DNA of 26,399 bases from Verrucomicrobiales bacterium (GTDB lineage Bacteria; Verrucomicrobiota; Verrucomicrobiia; Limisphaerales; UBA1100). The stretch is from assembly GCA_038139415.1 (NCBI GenBank), contig JAYOSV010000001.1, positions 1 through 26,399 on the forward strand, read 5' to 3'. Under the pieces are notes generated by a model. It was not told the origin of the DNA. It was given only the letters and a program-made list of their open reading frames with translations, and searched no databases. Both the position numbers and the translations under genes were made by a program. Below are positions 20,139 to 26,399 of this stretch, one piece after another (position 1 is the stretch's first letter; each line of letters starts with the position of its first letter).

Positions 20139-21572
20139 CTACCTAACAATCTCTTTTACCACGCGGGCGGGGCGATCGTTGGTGAGTTTTTGGGATTGGC
20201 CGCCGTGGTGGTAGGTGAGCTGGGTGTGGTTGATGCCGAATTGGTTGAGGAGGGTGGCTTGGTAATCGTTGGCGGTGACCTTATCGACGGCGGCGCGGTG
20301 GCCGACTTCGTCGGTTTCTCCATAGATGGTGCCGGGCTTGAAGCCGCCGCCGGCGATCCAGGTGCTAAAGCCTTGGCCATTGTGGTCGCGGCCGGGTTTG
20401 CTGCGGGATTGCACAACCGGCAACCGGCCGATCTCGCCGCCCCAATGGACGACAGTGCTGTCGAGAAGGCCGCGTTGTTTTAAATCGGTGACGAGCGCGG
20501 CGGCGGGTTGATCGGTGCGGCGGCAAATGGATGGCAAGCTGGCGTGGATGTTTTCGTGGTTATCCCACGGCTGGCCGTTGAGAAAGAGCTGTACAAAGCG
20601 CACGCCGCGTTCGACAAGCCGCCGTGCGATGAGGCAGCGGGTGCCGTATTCCTTAGTTTCCTTTTGGTCAATACCGTACAGTTTTTTGGTGGCCTCGCTT
20701 TCGCCGCTGATATCGAACGCTTCCTTGGCAGCGGTCTGCATGCGGGCGGCCAGCTCGAAGCTGGCGATGCGCGACTCGAGGGCGTCTTCACCGGGCAATG
20801 CCTCGGTTTGATCGGCGTTAAGGCCGTTTAGGAATTGCAGGAAGTTTTCCTGGGGCGCACCGAGCAGATGGCCGGGGGCGTCGAGGTTGAAGATGCGCGG
20901 TTCTTTGGCGCGCAGGACGGTGCCCTGGTACAGGCTAGGCAGCCAACCGTTGCTCCAGTTGTGATTGCCATCGACCGGTTTACCGCCGGGATCCTTGAGC
21001 ACCATGTAGGCGGGCAGCTCGTCGTTTTCACTGCCGAGGCCGTAGGTGAGCCACGCGCCGAGGCTGGGCCGGCCGATTACGCCCGGGATGCCCGCGTTAA
21101 TGTAACGGATGGAAACCTCGTGGCCGTTGTGGCCGGTGTGCATGCTTCGGATCATGCAGAGATCGTCGGCGATCTTTGCGGTGTGCGGCAGCAGTTCGCT
21201 GAAGTCCATGCCGCATTGCCCGTGTTTCTTGAATCGCCACGGGCTGCCAAGGAGCTTGCGGCTGGCTTCGTTGGCGAAGCTGTACTGGACACTGCCGCCG
21301 TAATCCATACCGTCGCAGCGCTGCAGTTCGGGCTTGGGATCGGTGAGATCCATGTGGCTTGGGCCGCCGTGCATGAACAGGGAAATCATCGCCTTGGCCC
21401 GGGGCACGTGATGCGGCTGTTTGGGCTTAAGGTCAAAACGTCGTTGCCCGCGCGGGATGTTCTTGGGCGTGCCGAGCAGTTTCTCGCGCTGCAACAGCCA
21501 CGCCAGCGCGAGGCTGCCGATACCCATCGTGTTGCGGACGAGAAATTGGCGGCGGTTGAAAAAGTCGTTCAT
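20139..21572 (-). CDS. DUF1501 domain-containing protein (second paralogue)
   Basis: Tat-like NRRQFL, AKAMISLFMHGGPSHMDL.DPKP, CLIARRLVERGVRFVQ, WDNH, WGGEIGRLP, GRDHN, GETDE.G. Start ATG 21572 overlaps the upstream stop (ATGA). Confidence 0.92.
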   Translation of the reverse strand: MNDFFNRRQFLVRNTMGIGSLALAWLLQREKLLGTPKNIPRGQRRFDLKPKQPHHVPRAKAMISLFMHGGPSHMDLTDPKPELQRCDGMDYGGSVQYSFANEASRKLLGSPWRFKKHGQCGMDFSELLPHTAKIADDLCMIRSMHTGHNGHEVSIRYINAGIPGVIGRPSLGAWLTYGLGSENDELPAYMVLKDPGGKPVDGNHNWSNGWLPSLYQGTVLRAKEPRIFNLDAPGHLLGAPQENFLQFLNGLNADQTEALPGEDALESRIASFELAARMQTAAKEAFDISGESEATKKLYGIDQKETKEYGTRCLIARRLVERGVRFVQLFLNGQPWDNHENIHASLPSICRRTDQPAAALVTDLKQRGLLDSTVVHWGGEIGRLPVVQSRSKPGRDHNGQGFSTWIAGGGFKPGTIYGETDEVGHRAAVDKVTANDYQATLLNQFGINHTQLTYHHGGQSQKLTNDRPARVVKEIVR

Positions 21573-23005
21573 GCCAAAAGCTCTTTTACCACGCGGGCCT
21601 TTTGCCCGTCGGTCAGGGTTTGTTCCTGTGCGGCGCGTTTGTAGGTAAGTTGTTCGTGGTTGAGGCCGAATTGGTGCAGCAGGGTGGCATGGTAATCGTA
21701 GTGGTTGACGATGTCCGACACGGCGCGGTGGCCCCATTCGTCGGTGGCTCCGTGAATGTGGCCACCTTTAAAACCGCCTCCAGCGAGCCACATGGAAAAG
21801 CCATATGTATTGTGGTCTCGGCCCGGGCTCTTTTCGTTTTGCACAACGGGCAGGCGGCCCATCTCGCCGCCCCAATGAACGACCGTGCTGTCCAGCAGGC
21901 CTCGACCCTTGAGATCCTTGATGAGGCCGGCAATAGGTCGGTCAATTTTTTTGCAGGACGCCGGCAGGGCATTGGTGATATTGCCGTGATGATCCCAGTA
22001 CTGGTTCTTGGTAAACACTTGGATGAACCGTACGCCATGCTCCACCAGCCGCCGCGCAATGAGACAGCGAGTACCGAAATCTTTCGTAGCCGGATTATCA
22101 ATGCCGTACATCTTCTTAGTGGCGTCGCTTTCGCCGGAGATATCCATCACATCCGCGGCTGTAGTCTGCATGCGCGCGGCCAGTTCGAAGCTGGCGATGC
22201 GAGCCTCGAGATCCAGTTCACCAGAACTCTGGTTGTCGTCATTGAGTTGCCCCAGAAATTCCAAAAAGTTTTCCTGTGGTTTCCCCTGCAATTCGGCTGG
22301 CGGATTGAGATTAAGGATACGCGGTTTGCGCGCGCGCACGACGGTGCCCTGATAAAGGCTGGGCAGAAAACCGGGTGACCAGTTGAGTACACCTTCGACC
22401 GGAATGTTGACTGGATCGCGCAGCACCATATAGGCGGGCAGGTTTTGGTTTTCCGTGCCGAGGCCGTAGGAAAGCCAACTACCGAGTGCCGGGCGGCCCT
22501 TGTTAGTGCGGCCGCTGTTCATTGCGTGGATGGATTGGCCGTGATTATTCACGCCGGTGTGCATGCTACGGATTAGGCAGAGTTCGTCGGCCACCTCGCC
22601 AAAGCCTGGCACCAGTCCGCTGAAATCCATGCCGCATTGGCCGTGTTTCTTGAACTTCCATTTGCTGGCCAGCACTTTGCTGCTCGCTTGAGCGGCGTTG
22701 TCGTACTTGATCTTCTCCGGAAAATCGCGCCCGGCCCATTCGTCGAGCTGGGGTTTGGGATCGCAAATATCCATCTGGCTCGGGCCGCCCTGCATGAAGC
22801 AGGAAATCATCGCCTTGGCGCGCGGAGCGTGATGCGGCTGCTTGGGTAACAAGGTATGCGCGGCGGATCCCAGATCCGGCTTCACCGGCTTGGCCAGCAG
22901 GCCCTCGCGCTGCAACAGCCACGCCAACGCCACGCCGCCAATCCCCATCGCGTTTTGCGCGAGGAAATGGCGGCGGCTGGAAAGTAGGTGGGCGTTATTC
23001 GACAT
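21569..23005 (-). CDS. DUF1501 domain-containing protein (first paralogue)
   Basis: Tat-like SRRHFL, FMQGGPSQMD..DPKP, CLIARRLVEHGVRFIQ, WDHH, WGGEMGRLP, GRDHN, GATDE.G. Likely start is ATG 23005. Confidence 0.92.
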   Translation of the reverse strand: MSNNAHLLSSRRHFLAQNAMGIGGVALAWLLQREGLLAKPVKPDLGSAAHTLLPKQPHHAPRAKAMISCFMQGGPSQMDICDPKPQLDEWAGRDFPEKIKYDNAAQASSKVLASKWKFKKHGQCGMDFSGLVPGFGEVADELCLIRSMHTGVNNHGQSIHAMNSGRTNKGRPALGSWLSYGLGTENQNLPAYMVLRDPVNIPVEGVLNWSPGFLPSLYQGTVVRARKPRILNLNPPAELQGKPQENFLEFLGQLNDDNQSSGELDLEARIASFELAARMQTTAADVMDISGESDATKKMYGIDNPATKDFGTRCLIARRLVEHGVRFIQVFTKNQYWDHHGNITNALPASCKKIDRPIAGLIKDLKGRGLLDSTVVHWGGEMGRLPVVQNEKSPGRDHNTYGFSMWLAGGGFKGGHIHGATDEWGHRAVSDIVNHYDYHATLLHQFGLNHEQLTYKRAAQEQTLTDGQKARVVKELLA

Positions 23006-25658
23006 AAACAAACTTGTTCGCGCTTATCAGTGCCTGACAGTAGTTGGCCAGGGCGGTGAGTTCGGGGGTCTTGTCTTTGCGTTCCTTGAACAGGGCTGTT
23101 TGGCGATGGACGAATTCGCGCGACTTGGAAAGCTGCTCGGGCGTGGCGGCCCGGCCGAAGGCGTGGTGCCAGCCGGTGGTGAGCTGGGCATCGAGATCGT
23201 CCTTGGCCGCGGCCTGCAAACGCTCGGCCATGGCTCGGCTTTGGCTGATGACGAAGGCGTTGTTCATGAAGATCAACGCTTGCGGTGCCACGGTGGAAAC
23301 GGGGCGCTTGGCGCAGTTGGGCTCCATGGCGGGTGCGTCGAAGGCATCGAGGAAGGAGAGTTTGCGCGTGCGGCGCACCTGCACGTAGAGGCTGCGTCGA
23401 TGTTGCGCGCCCTGGAGATCAACCGCCTTGCCGGGCTTGCGCTCGCCATCGAGGTTTTCCTTGCCGATCACAAACTGGCCGACTTCATCCTCCATTACTG
23501 GTACGGGCTTGCCGCCCAAGCGCAGGCTGATCTGTCCGCTGAGTGCGAGCATGGCGTCCCGAATGGTCTCGGCTTCCATGCGGCGGACATTCATGCGGCC
23601 GAGGAGACGGTTGTCCGGATCAAGTGCATCCTGCTTGGCGTTCCGTCGGGAAACTTGTTGGTAGGCTTGGCTGGTCATGATGAGTTTGTGCAGCCGTTTG
23701 AGGCGCCAGCCGTTTTTCATAAAGTCAGCGGCCAGCCAGTCGAGTAATTCGGGATGACTTGGTAGCTCGCCCAATCGGCCAAAGTCGCCGGGTGTATCCA
23801 CCAAACCGCGGCCAAAATGATGCAGCCAAAAGCGGTTCACCAACACGCGTGCGGTAAGCGGGTGTTGGCCGCTGGTGAGATGTTGGGCAAAGGCTGTGCG
23901 GCGGCCGGTGGAGGGCAGGGCGGGATCGTTCTCAGCGATGACCGGCGCGGACACGACGGTGAGCCCGGCAGGTTTTACGGCGTCCTTGGGTTGATCGTGG
24001 TTGCCGCGGAAGAAAACGTGCGTAGTCGGCGGTGTGCCGGCCGGCTCAGTGAGCGCGCGGATGAAGGGTTCTTCCGGCTTGGTGGCGCGGATGTCGCTCG
24101 CCTTTTTGGCCATCGCATCGAGCACCTTTTTGCTGAGTGCATCCTTGAAGAACTGAATGCGCTCATCGATGCGTTTCAATTCGGCGGCCGCCTTTTCGTC
24201 GTCTTTTTTGTCGGTAAACTTCTTTCGCTCGGTGTTGAGCTTGCTGATTTCGCCGTTGTACTCGCGGTCGTAAAGATACAGTGAACCGGCGCTGATCTGC
24301 CGTACGCTCGGGTATTTTTTCAGAATGGCATTCTGCGGGTCGGTGCGTTTCTTGGAGCGGTAGGCTTCGCGCAGTTCGGCGCGGTCCTTTTCCGGTACGG
24401 CCTCGAGTTTCCAGGTGAGCGTGCGCTCGATGAAAAACTCGATTTTCTTTTGGCGCTCGGCATCGGCCTTTTTGGCCTCAGCCTCGATCTCGGCGGCCTT
24501 GTTGCGGTCGGCATCGGTGTAGAGCGTGATGCGGCGGCTGTTGGGCACGCGCCAGCTCTTGGGGTTGAGACCTGGCTCGAAGATGGCGCGTAGTTGGTAG
24601 TAATCCTTTTGCGGAATGGGATCGTAGCGATGATCGTGGCATTGGGCGCAGCCGACGGTGAGGCCCATGAGTGAGCTGGATACAATCTTGAGGGTTTCGG
24701 CCATTACCTGATTGCGGGCGTCATTATTATTGGCCGTGCCTGTACCGTCCGGCGCCATACGGAGATAGCCGGTGGCGGTGAGCTTGTCGATCTGGTCGGA
24801 CTGCAGCTCGGTATGCGGCGGCTTCACCATCTCGTCACCGGCGAGTTGTTCGCGAATGAACTGGTCCCAGGGCAAATCCTTGTTGAAGGCGTTCACGACA
24901 TAATCACGGTAACGCCAGGCCCAGGTGCGTTCGGTGTCTTTCTCGTTGTAACCCTCCGAGTCGGCATAGCCCGCCACATCCAGCCAATGCCGGCCCCATC
25001 GCACACCGTACTGCGGCGAGGTGAGCAGGCGATCGATCAGCTTGGCGTAGGCGTCAGGCGATTGGTCGGCAATGAATTTTTTGGTTTCCTCCGGTGTGGG
25101 CGGCAGGCCGGTAAGATCCACGGTGGCGCGGCGGATTAACGTGGCCTTATCCGCGGCTGCCGATAAGCTCAAACCCTTAGTATGCAGGCGCCGCAGTAGA
25201 AACGCATCGATCGGATGTTTCGCGCCCTCAGGTACCTTGGGGTTTTGAATCGGCTGAAACGCCCAGAAGCTGCGTTCTTCCGCCGTGATACCCACGGTAT
25301 CGGGATCCCCCGGCTCCGGTCGCGCGGTCTTGGCGCCTTGGGCAATCCATTCACGGATCAGGGCGATCTCTTCGGCTGACAGCTTCGCCTGTTCTTTGGG
25401 CATCTTGCCGGACTCAACCATCTGGAACAGTCGGCTTTCCTCCGGCTTGCCCTCGACGATGGCCGGCCCGTGCTCGCCGCCTTCCAGCAACAGCCGTCGT
25501 AGCCGCACATCAAGGTCACCGCGTTCCCGACCGTCTTCTCCGTGGCAATGGAAACAATGCGCCTTGAGGATCGGCCGGATGTCCTTCTCAAACAACACCG
25601 GCGCGGCCTGTAAGGGGGGCGCAGCCAACAGCAGGATTAGGATCGTAATAAACCGCAT
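22995..25658 (-). CDS. Planctomycete cytochrome c / DUF1549 (PSCyt2) / DUF1553 (PSD1) domain protein
   Basis: Signal peptide; F.KDIRPIL..HCFHCHG (CxxCH); WAFQP, HPIDAF, RRATVDLTGLPPT, WLDVAGYADS, CAQCHDHRYDPI (second CxxCH); ARVLVNRFW..HFGRGLV.T..DFG..G..PSHPELLDWLA, RRSLY, PQAL..MN. Confidence 0.93.
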   Translation of the reverse strand: MRFITILILLLAAPPLQAAPVLFEKDIRPILKAHCFHCHGEDGRERGDLDVRLRRLLLEGGEHGPAIVEGKPEESRLFQMVESGKMPKEQAKLSAEEIALIREWIAQGAKTARPEPGDPDTVGITAEERSFWAFQPIQNPKVPEGAKHPIDAFLLRRLHTKGLSLSAAADKATLIRRATVDLTGLPPTPEETKKFIADQSPDAYAKLIDRLLTSPQYGVRWGRHWLDVAGYADSEGYNEKDTERTWAWRYRDYVVNAFNKDLPWDQFIREQLAGDEMVKPPHTELQSDQIDKLTATGYLRMAPDGTGTANNNDARNQVMAETLKIVSSSLMGLTVGCAQCHDHRYDPIPQKDYYQLRAIFEPGLNPKSWRVPNSRRITLYTDADRNKAAEIEAEAKKADAERQKKIEFFIERTLTWKLEAVPEKDRAELREAYRSKKRTDPQNAILKKYPSVRQISAGSLYLYDREYNGEISKLNTERKKFTDKKDDEKAAAELKRIDERIQFFKDALSKKVLDAMAKKASDIRATKPEEPFIRALTEPAGTPPTTHVFFRGNHDQPKDAVKPAGLTVVSAPVIAENDPALPSTGRRTAFAQHLTSGQHPLTARVLVNRFWLHHFGRGLVDTPGDFGRLGELPSHPELLDWLAADFMKNGWRLKRLHKLIMTSQAYQQVSRRNAKQDALDPDNRLLGRMNVRRMEAETIRDAMLALSGQISLRLGGKPVPVMEDEVGQFVIGKENLDGERKPGKAVDLQGAQHRRSLYVQVRRTRKLSFLDAFDAPAMEPNCAKRPVSTVAPQALIFMNNAFVISQSRAMAERLQAAAKDDLDAQLTTGWHHAFGRAATPEQLSKSREFVHRQTALFKERKDKTPELTALANYCQALISANKFVYVE

Positions 25659-25674
25659 TACTTATACTGAATAG

Positions 25675-25703
25675 ACCTTATCCGGAGCATCGAAATTCGA
25701 CAA
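25675..25703 (-). promoter_or_regulatory. Putative promoter of the DUF1549/DUF1501 operon
   Basis: Minus strand TTGTCG(25703-25698)-N17-TAAGGT(25680-25675)-N16-ATG(25658). Confidence 0.5.
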
Positions 25704-25705
25704 TT

Positions 25706-25852
25706 ATGAAACCAAATATTTCTTCCCAATGCTGGAAGCAAAAAGAAAGCCTGATCGCCAAAAACGAACTCCCCCAAGCGTGCAAAGACTACGACCACGC
25801 CCGCGCTGCTTACCGCAAAATCATCGCTGAGAGTTTCGATGGACGGGAGTGA
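25706..25852 (+). pseudogene. 48-aa ORF, probably the 3' remnant of a larger gene (resembles the C-terminal tail of PVC CehA/McbA-family metallohydrolases)
   Basis: MKPNISSQCWKQKESLIAKNELPQACKDYDHARAAYRKIIAESFDGRE*; too short for the ORF track. The pattern QCW.QK...I...E...A...YDHAR..YR.I.AE is recalled from that family, not searched. Confidence 0.5.
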
Positions 25853-25857
25853 TTATA

Positions 25858-25879
25858 GCTATTCGGCGAATTGAATAGC
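25858..25879 (+). terminator. Hairpin immediately after the 48-aa ORF
   Basis: GCTATTC(25858-25864)/GAATAGC(25873-25879), extendable by two G-U pairs around a CGAA loop; weak U-tail. Confidence 0.35.
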
Positions 25880-25880
25880 C

Positions 25881-25908
25881 TTGCCCGTCTTCAAGACTGT
25901 GCTAGGTT
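25881..25908 (+). promoter_or_regulatory. Putative promoter of the Pro/Ala-rich gene
   Basis: TTGCCC(25881-25886)-N16-TAGGTT(25903-25908) with a TG extension. The spacer contains the inverted repeat GTCTT-C-AAGAC. Confidence 0.5.
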
Positions 25909-25963
25909 GGTGCGGAGGAGTTGGCTGAGGCCGTTCAGCCACTACTGAATCAAACTGTCCGAT

Positions 25964-26399
25964 ATGTCAGCGCCACCCGCACCGCAACCACCTCCCGGAG
26001 CCGTCCCTCCACCAGGTGCTGCGCCTGCCCCAGCCCCCGGAGCACCGACACAAAAGAAGGCTACTGTACGCATCGGTCTACCGCCCAAACCGGACGCCAA
26101 ACAAACGATTCGAATTAGCCTGCCCGGCAAAGGCGGAGGCGCCCCAGCTCCCGGTGGAGCACCGGCCCCAGGAGGCGCCGCTCCTGCCCCTGAAACTCAA
26201 CGTGCAGCAGCTCCTGCCCCTGTTCCGGGTGCAGCTCCAGCTCCTGCCCCTGTTCCGGGTGCAGCTCCAGCTCCTGCCCCTGTCCCGGGTGCAGCTCCAG
26301 CTCCTGCCCCTGTTCCGGGTGCAGCTCCAGCTCCTGCCCCTGTCCCGGGTGCAGCTCCAGCTCCTGCCCCTGTTCCGGGTGCAGCTCCAGCTCCTGCCC
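25964..26399 (+). CDS. 3'-truncated Pro/Ala/Gly-rich low-complexity protein
   Basis: ATG 25964 opens MSAPPAPQPPPGAVPPPGAAPAPAPGAPTQKKATVRIGLPPKPDAKQTIRISLPGKGGGAPAPGG...(AAPAPAPVPG)n with no stop before the window end, which explains its absence from the ORF track. Confidence 0.75.
   Translation, partial: MSAPPAPQPPPGAVPPPGAAPAPAPGAPTQKKATVRIGLPPKPDAKQTIRISLPGKGGGAPAPGGAPAPGGAAPAPETQRAAAPAPVPGAAPAPAPVPGAAPAPAPVPGAAPAPAPVPGAAPAPAPVPGAAPAPAPVPGAAPAPA
26208..26399 (+). repeat. 30-bp coding tandem repeat, about 6.4 copies, running off the window
   Basis: Unit CAGCTCCTGCCCCTGTYCCGGGTGCAGCTC. The only variation is synonymous GTT/GTC, in the order T,T,C,T,C,T. Confidence 0.97.

Noticed and set aside
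18821..23747. Long + strand ORFs (18821-19708, 20835-21644, 21602-22378, 22842-23747) and similar shadow ORFs elsewhere, e.g. 12288-13040
   Set aside because: They lie antisense to confidently identified GC-rich genes and have no recognisable motifs, as expected from codon bias.
25921..26130. Track ORFs 25921-26118 (+) and 25942-26130 (-)
   Set aside because: They are alternative-frame readings of the Pro/Ala-rich CDS starting at 25964.
26208..26399. CRISPR array
   Set aside because: The 30-bp units are contiguous with no unique spacers, stay in frame with only synonymous variation, and no cas genes are present.

Overview
A compact bacterial chromosomal region whose gene content points to the PVC superphylum, most likely Verrucomicrobiota (inference from the DUF1549/DUF1553 and DUF1501 genes, the PQQ-like propeller and the 'IRE-like' protein). 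Gene order: 3' end of a membrane protein, a helical 'IRE-like' hypothetical protein, an oppABC plus fused oppD/F peptide ABC importer, pgk-tpiA-secG (-), lgt-rluD (-), glnD (+), pdxJ-acpS (-), comEC broken by one in-frame TAA (+), a PQQ-like beta-propeller membrane protein (-), a cytochrome-c/DUF1549/DUF1553 gene with two tandem DUF1501 paralogues (-), and a Pro/Ala-rich ORF missing from the ORF track that runs off the window inside a 30-bp tandem repeat. I found no rRNA, tRNA, CRISPR array or transposase. Main unexplained signals: (1) roughly 70-aa insertions in both OppA (Cys/His, CxxC) and OppB (His-containing); (2) nine operon heads with a TTG/TTC-N16/17-TAnnnT promoter, five of them only 6-7 nt from the start codon (predicted leaderless mRNAs, mostly GTG); (3) a G10 tract inside the putative pgk promoter spacer; (4) two short gene remnants flanking the DUF1549/DUF1501 operon; (5) the comEC nonsense lesion. 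All family assignments come from motif recognition, not database searches.
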